From positions 1-55,171 of the forward strand of contig JAQWCI010000001.1 in NCBI GenBank assembly GCA_028706005.1: a stretch of DNA of 55,171 bases. The letters are read 5' to 3'. The notes below the pieces were generated by a model. It saw nothing but the letters and a program-made list of their open reading frames with translations, did no database searches and was not told where the DNA came from. Of this stretch, positions 40,130 to 50,394 are shown piece after piece; position 1 is the stretch's first letter, and each line of letters opens with the position of its first letter. Position numbers and translations under genes: made by a program. This stretch comes from Lachnospiraceae bacterium (lineage in GTDB: Bacteria; Bacillota; Clostridia; Lachnospirales; Lachnospiraceae).

Positions 40130-40882
40130 TTATTTATTGTAGTTTACGATCTCGCCGAAGTCAGCCTTGAGAGCTGCGCCGCCGATAAGGCCGCCGTCGA
40201 TGTCAGGTTTTGCGAGGAGTTCCTTGCAGTTGCCGGCATTCATAGAGCCGCCGTACTGGATGCGGATCTTCTCAGCTGTATCTGTATCATAGATTCCGGC
40301 GATAGTCTTGCGGATAGCGCCGCAGACTTCCTCAGCCTGATCTGATGTTGCAGTCTTGCCTGTGCCGATAGCCCAGATAGGCTCGTAAGCGATTACCATT
40401 GTAGCAGCCTGCTCAGCTGTTACGCCCTGCAGATCTGACTTGATCTGAAGATTGATCCAGTCAAGTGTTACACCTGCTTCGCGCTGCTCGAGTGTCTCGC
40501 CGCAGCAGAGGATAGGTGTAAGACCGTGCTCAAATGCCTTCAGTACTTTCTTGTTGAGGAAAGCATCTGTCTCATTAAAGTACTGTCTTCTCTCTGAGTG
40601 CCCGATGATGACGAATTTGCATCCTGCATCAACGATCATAGCAGGAGCGATTTCTCCTGTGAAAGCACCCTTCTCTTCGACGTACATATTCTCAGCGCCG
40701 ACTTCTACGTTTGTTCCCTTTACAGCTTCAACAACGGGGACAATATCGATAGCGGGAACGCAGTAAACAACATCGACATCCTTGTTATCCACAAGGGGTT
40801 TGAGCATCTCTACAAGCTCTTTGGCTTCGCTGGGGGTCTTATTCATCTTCCAGTTGCCGGCAATAATCTTTCTTCTTGACAT
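40130..40882 (-). CDS. tpiA: Triosephosphate isomerase
   Basis: [38 protein letters not shown]. Confidence 0.98.
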   Translation of the reverse strand: MSRRKIIAGNWKMNKTPSEAKELVEMLKPLVDNKDVDVVYCVPAIDIVPVVEAVKGTNVEVGAENMYVEEKGAFTGEIAPAMIVDAGCKFVIIGHSERRQYFNETDAFLNKKVLKAFEHGLTPILCCGETLEQREAGVTLDWINLQIKSDLQGVTAEQAATMVIAYEPIWAIGTGKTATSDQAEEVCGAIRKTIAGIYDTDTAEKIRIQYGGSMNAGNCKELLAKPDIDGGLIGGAALKADFGEIVNYNK

Positions 40883-40962
40883 GATATCCTCCATGACGGA
40901 GCAGATCTCTGCTCCATAATTGCAGACGCCTTTGCGGCGCCTGCCAAGTTTATACTATCTTA

Positions 40963-42204
40963 TCAGTTCTTGTCATCTGCTGCGTAAACACCCGGAAGTT
41001 CCTTGCCTTCAAGGAATTCGAGTGAAGCGCCGCCGCCTGTTGAGATGTGGCTCATCTTGTCAGCATAGCCGAGTTGATTGACAGCTGCAGCTGAATCGCC
41101 GCCGCCAATGATAGTAGTAGCAGTTGTTGCAGCAAGTGCAGCAGCTACAGCCTTTGTGCCGGCTGCAAGCACAGGGTTCTCGAAAACGCCCATAGGTCCG
41201 TTCCAGACTACTGTCTTGGCTGTCTTGACGGCATCTTCGTAAATTGCTCTGGTCTTGGGACCTATATCCATGCCCATCTTGTCTGCAGGGATCTTGTCGA
41301 TATCGACGACCTCTGTGGCAATTGAAGGATCATCAATGGGATCCGGGAAATGATCAGTGATCACAGCATCTACAGGAAGGAGAAGGTTCTTGCCGAGTTT
41401 TGCTGCTTTCTCGATCATCTCTTTGCAATAATCGACCTTTGTATCATCAACAAGAGACGTGCCGATCTCATATCCCTTAGCTCTTGCAAATGTGTAAGCC
41501 ATGCCGCCGCCGATGATAACTGTGTCGCACTTCTCAATAAGGTTTGAAATAACATTCAGCTTATCAGCGACCTTTGCACCGCCAAGGATAGCTACGAAAG
41601 GACGTACCGGGTTCTCAACAGCATTGCCGAGGAACTTGATCTCCTTCTGCATAAGATATCCTACTGCACATGTGCCGCCTTTAGCGCGGATGTACTTTGT
41701 AACTACAGCTACAGAAGCATGTGCTCTGTGTGCTGAACCGAAAGCATCGCAGACATAATCATCAGCGAGGTCAGCGAGTTCTTTTGCAAATCCTTCGCCA
41801 GCATCCTGAGGTTTTGTCTCTTCTTTGCCACGGAAACGAGTGTTCTGAAGGAGAACAACATCGCCGGGTTTCATTGCTGCAACAGCTGCTGTTGCAGCTT
41901 CGCCTGTTACATTGTAATCAGATACAAAATTAACTTCTTTGCCGAGCTTCTCAGATAGTCTTGCAGCTACAGGTGTAAGTGACTCACCTTCGTTGGGACC
42001 ATTCTTGACTTTACCAAGATGAGAGCAAAGGATTACCTTTGCGCCTTCACCGATCAGCTTATTGATGGTAGGAAGAGCTGCAACGATACGTGTATCGTCT
42101 GTGATCTTGCCATCTTTGAGCGGTACGTTGAAATCGCAGCGGACCAGGACTCTTCTGCCGGCCGCGTTGAAATCATCAACTGTCTTCTTATTAAGTGCTG
42201 CCAT
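40963..42204 (-). CDS. pgk: Phosphoglycerate kinase
   Basis: [43 protein letters not shown]. Confidence 0.98.
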   Translation of the reverse strand: MAALNKKTVDDFNAAGRRVLVRCDFNVPLKDGKITDDTRIVAALPTINKLIGEGAKVILCSHLGKVKNGPNEGESLTPVAARLSEKLGKEVNFVSDYNVTGEAATAAVAAMKPGDVVLLQNTRFRGKEETKPQDAGEGFAKELADLADDYVCDAFGSAHRAHASVAVVTKYIRAKGGTCAVGYLMQKEIKFLGNAVENPVRPFVAILGGAKVADKLNVISNLIEKCDTVIIGGGMAYTFARAKGYEIGTSLVDDTKVDYCKEMIEKAAKLGKNLLLPVDAVITDHFPDPIDDPSIATEVVDIDKIPADKMGMDIGPKTRAIYEDAVKTAKTVVWNGPMGVFENPVLAAGTKAVAAALAATTATTIIGGGDSAAAVNQLGYADKMSHISTGGGASLEFLEGKELPGVYAADDKN

Positions 42205-42242
42205 ATTATTTGTTAGCCTCCTGTGTCAAAGTCTTTATCTGA

Positions 42243-42280
42243 TAAAAAAGGGATCCGGCCCTCTCAAAAGGCCGGACCCC
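42243..42280 (-). terminator. Intrinsic terminator between gap and pgk
   Basis: GGGTCCGGCC-TTTTGAGAG-GGCCGGATCCC-TTTTTTA. Confidence 0.8.
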
Positions 42281-42312
42281 GGTTTATCGCGATATGTCTG
42301 TTCTCAGCAAAA

Positions 42313-43323
42313 TTACTTGTTGAGCAGTGAGCCGAAGTGCTTGATGGTACGAACCATCTGGCTTGTGTAAGAATTCTCGTTATCATACCATGAAACTACC
42401 TGAACGAGAGTCTTATCGCCCATAGAAAGAACCTTTGTCTGTGTTGCATCAAAGATTGAACCATAGGTGCTGTTGATGATATCTGAAGAAACGATCTCAT
42501 CTGTATTGTACTCAAATGACTCTGTAGCTTCAGCCTTCATCTGTGCATTGATCTGATCTGCTGTAACAGCTCCGTCAACTACAGCATCAAGAATTGTTGT
42601 AGAACCTGTTGCGGTAGGAACACGCTGAGCTGCGCCGTTAAGCTTGCCGTTCAGTTCAGGGATAACAAGGCCGATTGCCTTAGCTGCGCCTGATGATGCA
42701 GGAACGATGTTAGCTGCTGCTGCGCGGCTTCTTCTCATATTGCCTTTTCTCTGAGGTCCGTCAAGAACCATCTGGTCGCCTGTGTAAGCGTGAACAGTTG
42801 TCATGAATCCAGACTCGATAGGAGCGAGGTCATTGAGAGCCTTAGCCATAGGAGCAAGGCAGTTTGTTGTGCAAGATGCAGCTGAGATGATCTGATCATC
42901 AGATGTAAGTGTGTCATGGTTTACATTGTAAACGATGGTCTTCATGTCATTTCCTGCAGGAGCAGAAATAACTACGTGCTTAGCGCCGGCATTGATGTGA
43001 GCCATAGCCTTGTCTTTAGATGTATAGAAGCCTGTGCACTCAAGAACAACGTCAACATCAAGAGCCTTCCAGGGAAGGTTTGCAGCGTCTTTCTCTGCAT
43101 AGATGGTGATCTCTTTGCCATTGACTACGATTGAGCTCTCTTTAGCTTCAACTGTTCCGTCAAAGCGTCCGTGAGTTGTATCATACTTCAGAAGATATGC
43201 AAGCATATCAGGAGATGTAAGATCGTTGATTGCTACTATTTCATAACCATCAGCGTTGATCATCTGTCTGAAAGCAAGACGGCCGATACGACCAAAACCA
43301 TTAATTGCTACTCTTACTGCCAT
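42313..43323 (-). CDS. gap: Type I glyceraldehyde-3-phosphate dehydrogenase
   Basis: [24 protein letters not shown]. Confidence 0.98.
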   Translation of the reverse strand: MAVRVAINGFGRIGRLAFRQMINADGYEIVAINDLTSPDMLAYLLKYDTTHGRFDGTVEAKESSIVVNGKEITIYAEKDAANLPWKALDVDVVLECTGFYTSKDKAMAHINAGAKHVVISAPAGNDMKTIVYNVNHDTLTSDDQIISAASCTTNCLAPMAKALNDLAPIESGFMTTVHAYTGDQMVLDGPQRKGNMRRSRAAAANIVPASSGAAKAIGLVIPELNGKLNGAAQRVPTATGSTTILDAVVDGAVTADQINAQMKAEATESFEYNTDEIVSSDIINSTYGSIFDATQTKVLSMGDKTLVQVVSWYDNENSYTSQMVRTIKHFGSLLNK

Positions 43324-43376
43324 TTTTGTTTCCTCCATAAAATTGTTTTATTATGCAACAATTTGACCGTTCCGGA

Positions 43377-43441
43377 TTGTCAGAACTTTGTCAAACTTTT
43401 GTCAGCACTCTAATAATAATAAAAAGGCGACTGAAATTCAA
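43377..43441 (-). promoter_or_regulatory. gap promoter with three 11-bp direct repeats at the predicted start site
   Basis: TTGAAT(43441-43436)-17 nt-TATTAT(43418-43413). Plus-strand TTGTCAGAACT/TTGTCAAACTT/TTGTCAGCACT at 43377-43409. Confidence 0.65.
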
Positions 43442-43463
43442 GATGTTTACTGTAAATTCATTA

Positions 43464-43859
43464 TTAAATACGATTTTCAAGGAGTTCTATCATTCCGAGA
43501 TCAGGATGGATCAGAAAGCAGACTCTGCGGTTTCCGCAGGCCGGAGCCTCGAGCGGCGCATCCCAGGCCAAATATCCAGCCTCCCGCATTTTTTCGATGT
43601 CTCTGTCAATATCGTCGCTGCAATAGCAAATGTGGTATGGACAGTTCCCATATTTCCTGATTAGACCAGAGACCGTTGAGTCCTTATCGTAAGGCGAAAT
43701 CAATTCGATGACATACCCGTCATTTTCGACAAAACAAATGTCGATCTTTCTGAATTCGTCGCGGACCTTATCCTGTTTTATCCTGTAACCAAGATTTTCA
43801 AAAGTCTTTATGGCCCTGTCCATCTTCTTTACAAGATATCCGATATGATCGATCTTCAT
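43464..43859 (-). CDS. VOC/glyoxalase family protein (methylmalonyl-CoA epimerase-like)
   Basis: IDHIGY, IELISP, YHICY, MIELLE metal-ligand pattern. Start MKID. Confidence 0.85.
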   Translation of the reverse strand: MKIDHIGYLVKKMDRAIKTFENLGYRIKQDKVRDEFRKIDICFVENDGYVIELISPYDKDSTVSGLIRKYGNCPYHICYCSDDIDRDIEKMREAGYLAWDAPLEAPACGNRRVCFLIHPDLGMIELLENRI

Positions 43860-43860
43860 A

Positions 43861-44976
43861 TTAGCTGCCTGCCTTTGCCCGCTCAATCGTTCCGCCGCAC
43901 AAGATGTGTTCGCCCTGATACAGGACAAGAGCCTGTCCCGGTGTTATCGCGCGTACTTTCTCTTCAAAACAAACGCTCAGTCTGTCATCAGCAATTCTCG
44001 TCACTGTGCAGGGCGCGCCGCGATGGGCATATCTGATCTTCCCTACGGCCTCAAATGTTTTGCCGATCTCAAATATACTGTCATTCTTATCAGCGGCCAT
44101 GTAGCAAATATCGCTGCATGTCAGCCTGTCACCAAATACATCCTCGTTCTCGCCGATCACTACAGAATTGTTCTCAGCATTAACATCAGTCACGAATACC
44201 GGATGCCCCATAGAGAGGCCCAGGTGTTTCCTCTGCCCGATAGTGTAATGTATTATGCCCTTGTTAGGACCGAGATCTCTTCCATCCTCCGATACAAATC
44301 GCCCTTCAGGCGGAATTCTGTCGCCTGCGTTCTTTTCTATAAAAGATGAATAATCGTTGTCGGAGACAAAACAAATTTCCTGGCTGTCAGGTTTATGAGC
44401 CACAGGGAGTCCTGCCTCATCCGCCATTTTGCGTATCTCATCCTTATGGTAATCGCCAACAGGCATAAGCGTGTGTGAAAGCTGGAACTGTGTCAGTGCG
44501 TAAAGTGCGTATGTCTGATCTTTGGCAGCTGTGACAGAATTTCTTATTGCATATCTGCCGTTCGGAAGAAGTTCAATCCTTGCGTAATGTCCGGTCGCAA
44601 TAAAGTCAGCTCCTATTTCGAGAGATTTTGTAAGAAGCGCTTCCCACTTCACATAGCGGTTGCATGCTATACAGGGATTTGGCGTCCTGCCGTGAATATA
44701 ATCCCCGACAAAATAGTCGATTACCTTCTTCTCAAAAATATCTCTGAAATCCATAACATAGTGCGGGATCCCGAGAACTTCTGCCACTCTTGCAGCGTCA
44801 TCCACCGCGCTCTGACCGCAGCATCCGCCCTCACGTTCAATTGCTTCTGTGTCGCTGTTATTCCAGATCTGCATCGTCACGCCAATCACGTCATAGCCCT
44901 GCTCTTTAAGCAGCAGTGCCGCTACTGAGGAATCGACACCTCCCGACATTCCGACGACAACTTTCTTTCCACCCAA
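43861..44976 (-). CDS. mnmA: tRNA 2-thiouridine(34) synthase
   Basis: SGGVDS, TPNPCIACN, ATGHY, KDQTY, DSQEICF, YTIGQR, TPGQ. Confidence 0.97.
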   Translation of the reverse strand: MGGKKVVVGMSGGVDSSVAALLLKEQGYDVIGVTMQIWNNSDTEAIEREGGCCGQSAVDDAARVAEVLGIPHYVMDFRDIFEKKVIDYFVGDYIHGRTPNPCIACNRYVKWEALLTKSLEIGADFIATGHYARIELLPNGRYAIRNSVTAAKDQTYALYALTQFQLSHTLMPVGDYHKDEIRKMADEAGLPVAHKPDSQEICFVSDNDYSSFIEKNAGDRIPPEGRFVSEDGRDLGPNKGIIHYTIGQRKHLGLSMGHPVFVTDVNAENNSVVIGENEDVFGDRLTCSDICYMAADKNDSIFEIGKTFEAVGKIRYAHRGAPCTVTRIADDRLSVCFEEKVRAITPGQALVLYQGEHILCGGTIERAKAGS

Positions 44977-44995
44977 ACTAATACGCTCCTTATGA

Positions 44996-45199
44996 TCACA
45001 TCTGATGCTTTACGACTTCGTACTCATCATTGTTCCTGTAAAAAGGACAGCTGTAACCAGGCTGAGCGAGCAGCCTGTAAAACTCATCTTCATCCATATC
45101 AGCCATGCATGAATAAGACCCGTCATCATCGTCATATTCATAATTGGCGCAGTAGTCACAGCTGGTGAACTTATTATTCTTGCTCTTAGAGTCTGTCAA
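44996..45199 (-). CDS. Small Cys-rich acidic protein (DUF6472-like)
   Basis: CDYC..Y.YD....YSC..DMDEDE....CPFY...DEY..V.HQM; family assignment from recall. Confidence 0.7.
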   Translation of the reverse strand: MTDSKSKNNKFTSCDYCANYEYDDDDGSYSCMADMDEDEFYRLLAQPGYSCPFYRNNDEYEVVKHQM

Positions 45200-46371
45200 T
45201 TGTTTTCTGCCGGCTCCTCATTTTCTTCCGTTGTTTCAGCAGGTGTTTCAGCAGGTGTTTCAACAACCGCTGTAGTTGCTTCTTCAACGTGTGACTCAAC
45301 AATTTCGGGCTCTGCCTCGACAGGCGTCTCTGCCGGAGCTTCGATCTTCTCCGGTGCCACGTTCAGGATCGGCTCTGTTATCTTGGGCTCTTCTTCCTGC
45401 GGGAATTTTACATTCAGGATCTTTCTGATCTCATCCATTTCGTGCATGATCGTGAGAGTTTTGACATGAGGCATTGCCGGGCACTCGAGCCAGCCCGACT
45501 TAATAGCTTTAACTGCATCAATTACCTCATATTCATAGCCTGTCTTCTGTCTCGGTCTCTTGTACTGAGCCGTCTTTTCGTTAGCACTGTTGAATACGCT
45601 CAGAGTTTCAAAATTGTTTATATTCTCGATTATCATGTAGCCCTTGCTGCCGTAAATAATACCCTGTCTGTCAGAAATGCCATCCATAGAGCAGGTAAGT
45701 ACAGCCATTTTACCGTCACGGTATCTGAATGTGATACTGTCAGACTCATCTACACCTGTTGATGTATATGTGCAGCAGGCATCGATATTCACAATATCAT
45801 CACCGAACATCATGGATGCAAAGTTGATCGGATATACGCCTACATCGAGGAGCGATCCTCCACCAAGTTTCGGATCAGTCATCCTCTTTATCTGCTTAAT
45901 GTTATAAGCAAGATTTGCTGTCAGCATAGCAGGTTCCCCGATTACATTACTCGCAAGGACTTCCTGGATCTGCGCCAGCATAGGCATATAACGTACCCAG
46001 ATTGCTTCAGTAACGAGGACATTTTTATCTGCTGCAAGCGCAAAGACCTTTTTCGCCTGTTCTTCATTAAGAGTAAATGATTTCTCACAGAGCACATTCT
46101 TGCCATGCTCTATGCAGTCGATCATGTTTTCATAATGCTCTGAAATCGGAGTTGCGATGTAAACAAGATTGACTTTTTTATCGTTGAGCATTTCTTCGTA
46201 TGATCCGTATGCCTTTTTAAATCCATAATCCTTTGCAAATTGAGTTGCCCGGTCCTGATTTCTCGATGCGACAGCATACATGCTTACTTCTGAAACATGT
46301 TTGATCGTTTTGGCCATAGTAGAAGCTATGTTGCCGGTACCCATTATTGCCATATCAATTTTTCCAAACAT
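45196..46371 (-). CDS. Gfo/Idh/MocA family oxidoreductase
   Basis: GTGNIA, VYIATP..H, CEKS, GGGSLLDVGVY; acidic Glu/Pro/Thr-rich tail. Confidence 0.9.
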   Translation of the reverse strand: MFGKIDMAIMGTGNIASTMAKTIKHVSEVSMYAVASRNQDRATQFAKDYGFKKAYGSYEEMLNDKKVNLVYIATPISEHYENMIDCIEHGKNVLCEKSFTLNEEQAKKVFALAADKNVLVTEAIWVRYMPMLAQIQEVLASNVIGEPAMLTANLAYNIKQIKRMTDPKLGGGSLLDVGVYPINFASMMFGDDIVNIDACCTYTSTGVDESDSITFRYRDGKMAVLTCSMDGISDRQGIIYGSKGYMIIENINNFETLSVFNSANEKTAQYKRPRQKTGYEYEVIDAVKAIKSGWLECPAMPHVKTLTIMHEMDEIRKILNVKFPQEEEPKITEPILNVAPEKIEAPAETPVEAEPEIVESHVEEATTAVVETPAETPAETTEENEEPAENN

Positions 46372-46372
46372 A

Positions 46373-47482
46373 CTACTCCTTTCTCAGATCGAAAAACTCC
46401 GCCTTAACATACGCTGTTTCACCGTCATATTTGACCTTGAGCCAGCCGTTTGACATGTTCTCAACTATATCAAGCTCGTCTCCCTGATAGACCGAGCCCA
46501 CCTGTTCACCATCAGTGCTTGCCGTTTTCCGGACCGCAACGCTCTCTTTTGCAACTGCCACAGTAGCGGATGATCCCGATGAAGCTGATGAATCTTCAGC
46601 ACTGCTCCCATCACTTGAAGAACCAGTATCAGTTGAGCTCTCGCTTGAAGCTTCACTTGAGGAATCGGATTCATCAGCTCTGGCATCAGCAAGTGCCTCA
46701 CCTATAGACACTTCGATCTCCGAGCTTAACTGATCAAGAAAACTGCTGAGTTCTTCGTTGTCAGCCAGAAGGTCATTGTAATCAGATGTTACTTTGTTAT
46801 TAAGATCTACAACATCATCTGTAAGTGACGCCTGCTTGATGAAATCAGTTACGTCACTGCTTGATTCATCTTCATTGATGTAGAGGCTCCCGTTCTCATC
46901 AGTACATACGTACATTGTCTGCATGCCGGGAATCTCGGCATCATAATCCGCAAATCTGACTTTTGTAACGACAAAACAAATGTATGAGTTTTCGACCGGA
47001 CCCGGCTTCGTGTAAACATCTATTGAAGGATATGAATCAACATAATCACCAAGTTTCCGTATCCTTATCTTCTCGGTTTCATCCATGCTGGTGCTTATGG
47101 AACTGATCGTATCAACATCGCCGTCAGCGACCGCCTGAAAATAAGTGTTCATCAGTTCATTGACATCCGGATACTTATTTTCCTCGATGACGATCTCAGT
47201 TGATGCTGCTGCCGCAGATTCTGCCGCTGCTGCCGCTTCCTCAGCACTCTTCCTTTTTGCGGAAGCATTGTGAGCACCGAGAGCCACAATGATAATGATC
47301 GCCGCAATTGCAATAAGAAATGCCGGAAGCACAACACGACTGTGATCCATAACGAGATATTTAATCTTATATGCAGACTCCGTGATCTTTTCAACAAAAC
47401 TCATTTTGTTGTCAGGATCTTTATCTGTCTTGCTGTTATGACTGCTCTTTATGTTCTTATCATCAATTTGATGTTTATCCAT
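46373..47482 (-). CDS. Membrane-anchored protein with C-terminal SH3b domain
   Basis: Single TM helix, Ser-rich linker, VAVRK..S..GE.VG.V..G....NGWLKVKYDGETAYVKAEF. Start set at MDKH because the track's N-terminus overlaps the tRNA. Confidence 0.8.
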   Translation of the reverse strand: MDKHQIDDKNIKSSHNSKTDKDPDNKMSFVEKITESAYKIKYLVMDHSRVVLPAFLIAIAAIIIIVALGAHNASAKRKSAEEAAAAAESAAAASTEIVIEENKYPDVNELMNTYFQAVADGDVDTISSISTSMDETEKIRIRKLGDYVDSYPSIDVYTKPGPVENSYICFVVTKVRFADYDAEIPGMQTMYVCTDENGSLYINEDESSSDVTDFIKQASLTDDVVDLNNKVTSDYNDLLADNEELSSFLDQLSSEIEVSIGEALADARADESDSSSEASSESSTDTGSSSDGSSAEDSSASSGSSATVAVAKESVAVRKTASTDGEQVGSVYQGDELDIVENMSNGWLKVKYDGETAYVKAEFFDLRKE

Positions 47483-47551
47483 ATTCACCGCAGCGGAGCC
47501 ATCACAGCACCGCTCATGCTCCCCAATATCTGATTTTCTGCAAATAAAAAA

Positions 47552-47623
47552 TGCACCCGACAGGAATCGAACCTGCATTTACGGCGTCGGAGGCCGATGT
47601 TCTATCCATTAGACTACGAGTGC
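47552..47623 (-). tRNA. tRNA-Arg(CCG)
   Basis: GCACTCGTAGTCTAATGGATAGAACATCGGCCTCCGACGCCGTAAATGCAGGTTCGATTCCTGTCGGGTGCA folds as a cloverleaf; anticodon CCG; CCA not encoded. Confidence 0.95.
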
Positions 47624-47659
47624 ATGACCAATATTGATGATAAAGTCAGTGATGATGAT

Positions 47660-47694
47660 AACAAAAATCCGGCGCCATTTCAACTGCGCCGGAC
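47660..47694 (-). terminator. Intrinsic terminator after the DUF5688 gene
   Basis: TCCGGCGC-AGTTGAAATG-GCGCCGGA-TTTTTGTT. Confidence 0.75.
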
Positions 47695-47711
47695 AAACTT
47701 GAATAATCACT

Positions 47712-48686
47712 TTAGGGAAGATATTTGCTCAGTACCCCTGCTTTGCGGTCATAATAATAAACTGAATCAGACAGGACCTCTTCAGGATCGACTTCCGTCC
47801 TGTTCGTCTCTTTGACAATATTTGGCAGGGTGCTGTAATCCTGATCTTCCTTTTCCGGCACAAGGATCATTTCATGTATAGAACTTGGCAGGACAAAAAT
47901 ATCAGCATCTTTTTCTGCTGCAAATTTTTCAAGTACTCCCGGGTATAAAACACAGGATGCACCGAAGATTTTGCTGGTGTTGCTTATGACGAACATGTCA
48001 TCATCTTCACTATTATCCACAGGCATTCCCAAAGCCTCACAGATTCCTGTTATGCAGACAGGCTGCAGGGTCTGGCAGCTCTCAAATGCATCAGCGTTAA
48101 GCGTTTCCTTTGATATTCCCCATCTTTGCAGGTGCTCATTCCTTATCGTGATAGTGCCGCCCTGCATTCCTTCTTCCGCCAAAAGATAACAGTATATTGC
48201 TGCCATATCTTCAATGCGGTCATAAGGGACCTCAGCAAGCAGCTCTCTGTTGCCGGAATATCCAACAAGTTTTATGATCAGCCTCTTTTTTACCTCATTA
48301 TAATCTTTCCAGAAGTCAAAACTCATCTTCCTGCCAGGCATGCTCATCCTGGCCTCATAAAGTATGCTCTCAGCTATCTGCCTTACTGTCCTTCCATTCT
48401 TGCTATATTCATCATAGAAATCATCAAGATAAAATGCAGGCGCTACCTTTGTTTCGCCGCACCTGACAAAACATGCTTCTTTCTGTATGCCGTTATTCTT
48501 TCGAACACTCTTGAAGCTCACCGTTTCTTCGGGCTCGGCACATTTTGTTATTTCACGTGAGAGTTCCCCTGTGAAGCATTCCAGTGGCGAAGGCTCCTCA
48601 AGATTTACCGCATGAAAGCACTCCATTCTATATTGCGGGTCTATTATTACCGGGCTTCCGGTCTTTTCATATTCTGTTTCTTTCAA
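47712..48686 (-). CDS. DUF5688 family protein
   Basis: KNNG, AP.FYLDDFY, N..LL..VP, SN....GAS..LYP, LPSSIHE, LSDSVYYYDR. TTG start at 48686 after GGAGG; the track's longer start overlaps efp. Confidence 0.78.
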   Translation of the reverse strand: MKETEYEKTGSPVIIDPQYRMECFHAVNLEEPSPLECFTGELSREITKCAEPEETVSFKSVRKNNGIQKEACFVRCGETKVAPAFYLDDFYDEYSKNGRTVRQIAESILYEARMSMPGRKMSFDFWKDYNEVKKRLIIKLVGYSGNRELLAEVPYDRIEDMAAIYCYLLAEEGMQGGTITIRNEHLQRWGISKETLNADAFESCQTLQPVCITGICEALGMPVDNSEDDDMFVISNTSKIFGASCVLYPGVLEKFAAEKDADIFVLPSSIHEMILVPEKEDQDYSTLPNIVKETNRTEVDPEEVLSDSVYYYDRKAGVLSKYLP

Positions 48687-48715
48687 ATCTGACCTCCGTT
48701 TGATCATATATGTGC

Positions 48716-48752
48716 AAAAAAAGAGACAAAAGATCCTAAGGTCCATTGTCTC
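48716..48752 (-). terminator. Intrinsic terminator after efp
   Basis: GAGACAATGGACC-TTA-GGATCTTTTGTCTC-TTTTTTT. Confidence 0.75.
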
Positions 48753-48798
48753 CTGATTATCGCTGTCTGTATTATATGATCTGAGCCTTGTTAAGGAA

Positions 48799-49356
48799 TC
48801 AAGCCCTTGACAGATACTCTCCCGTCCTTGTGTCGATCTTAAGTTTGTCACCAATGTTGACAAACAGCGGGACCATAAGGACCGCGCCTGTTTCGACTGT
48901 TGCCGGTTTGTTAGCGCCTGTCGCCGTATTTCCCTTTACACCAGGTTCAGTTTCAGTGACTTCAAGTTCCACAAAGAAAGGCGGCTCTACAGCATATACA
49001 TTACCGTTATAAGAATCGAGCTTTACCATTTCGTTCTCTTTGACAAACTTAAGAGAATCGCCTACAACTTCTTCGCCCAGAGCAATCTGCTCGTAGTTCT
49101 CGGTATTCATGAAGTTGTAAAGATCACCATCTTTGTACAGATACTGATATTCCTTTGAATCGATGTGTGCCTGAGGAAATTTCTCTGTGGGGCGGAAAGT
49201 TCTCTCTGTTACACCGCCGCCTATAACGTTCTTAAGCTTGGTCCTGACGAATGCAGCACCCTTGCCGGGTTTTACATGCTGGAATTCGATGACCTGGCAT
49301 ACCTGTCCGTCAATTTCGAGCGTCACGCCGTTCCTGAAATCACTTGCTGATATCAT
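48799..49356 (-). CDS. efp: Elongation factor P
   Basis: [31 protein letters not shown]. Confidence 0.98.
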   Translation of the reverse strand: MISASDFRNGVTLEIDGQVCQVIEFQHVKPGKGAAFVRTKLKNVIGGGVTERTFRPTEKFPQAHIDSKEYQYLYKDGDLYNFMNTENYEQIALGEEVVGDSLKFVKENEMVKLDSYNGNVYAVEPPFFVELEVTETEPGVKGNTATGANKPATVETGAVLMVPLFVNIGDKLKIDTRTGEYLSRA

Positions 49357-49413
49357 AAATAAGCCTCCTGAATTATCACGTCACAATACCGTAGTAGTTT
49401 ATCGTATCGAATA

Positions 49414-49854
49414 CTATTTTTCAAGGGCTAATTTGACGATATATTCCATTGCTTCCAGATATCCGTCAAAACCATGCCCTGCTATCTGCCTGTCACATGC
49501 CGGCGCTGTCACGCTCACCCTGCGCCATTCCTCGCGGGTATTGATGTCGGAAATATGCACCTCGACCTTGGGAACAAATATGCTTTTAAGTGCATCATGT
49601 ATTGCATAACTGTAATGGGTGTAAGCTCCCGGATTGATGATGACTCCATCTGTCTTGTCGTAATATGCCTGCTGGAGTCTGTCGATTATCGCACCCTCAT
49701 GGTTGCTCTGATATGTTTCGACCTCTACTCCCAGCGCAGCGCCTTTCTTCAGGATCATCGTCATCAGAGTATTATAACTCTCATCCCCATATACAGCTTT
49801 TTCTCTGATTCCAAGGAAATTAAGATTCGGTCCGTTTATCACAAGTATTTTCAT
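49414..49854 (-). CDS. aroQ: Type II 3-dehydroquinate dehydratase
   Basis: NGPNLNFLGIRE..YG, QSNHEG, NPGAYTHYS, VEVHIS. Confidence 0.96.
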   Translation of the reverse strand: MKILVINGPNLNFLGIREKAVYGDESYNTLMTMILKKGAALGVEVETYQSNHEGAIIDRLQQAYYDKTDGVIINPGAYTHYSYAIHDALKSIFVPKVEVHISDINTREEWRRVSVTAPACDRQIAGHGFDGYLEAMEYIVKLALEK

Positions 49855-49872
49855 TTTTGCCCCCAATTATTT

Positions 49873-50394
49873 TTATTTCAGTTCCAAAATAATATCAACG
49901 ATCTGAGATGGCATAAGACCATCAACTTTCACTACGTGATCAGCGGCTTCTTTATATAGTGGAGCTCTTTCGGCTATCATGTTTCTTACCTTTTTCTCTC
50001 TGTCTGCGACATTGAGCAGCGGTCTGGAATTGTCATGTGATAATCTGTACATCACAGTCTCAGGCTCCACTGAAAGCCAGATGACACAGCCTATCTTCTT
50101 AAGCAGTTTTCTGTTCTCTTCCCTCATCGGCGTACCGCCGCCGACAGAGTAGATCCTTCCCTTCCTGACAGTATTATCGCCAGATCCGGCAAGTTCCTCA
50201 AGCATTTCTGTTTCCATACTTCTGAATACTTCCTCGCCGTCTTCAGCAAAAATATCCGCGATGCTCTTACATGCTCTTTCTTCAATCATCTGATCCATGT
50301 CGAAGAGCTTACTGCCCGTTCTCTTTGAGAGCTCACGCCCGATAGTTGTTTTGCCGCTTCCCATATATCCGATCAGCACATAATTATCAGTCAT
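49873..50394 (-). CDS. aroK: Shikimate kinase
   Basis: GYMGSGKTT, GE..FR..E, GGG, RPLL, R..LY. Confidence 0.94.
   Translation of the reverse strand: MTDNYVLIGYMGSGKTTIGRELSKRTGSKLFDMDQMIEERACKSIADIFAEDGEEVFRSMETEMLEELAGSGDNTVRKGRIYSVGGGTPMREENRKLLKKIGCVIWLSVEPETVMYRLSHDNSRPLLNVADREKKVRNMIAERAPLYKEAADHVVKVDGLMPSQIVDIILELK

Noticed and set aside
45232-45261. 12-bp tandem repeat GTTTCAGCAGGT
   Set aside because: In-frame repeat encoding ETPA units in a disordered tail; ordinary low-complexity coding sequence.
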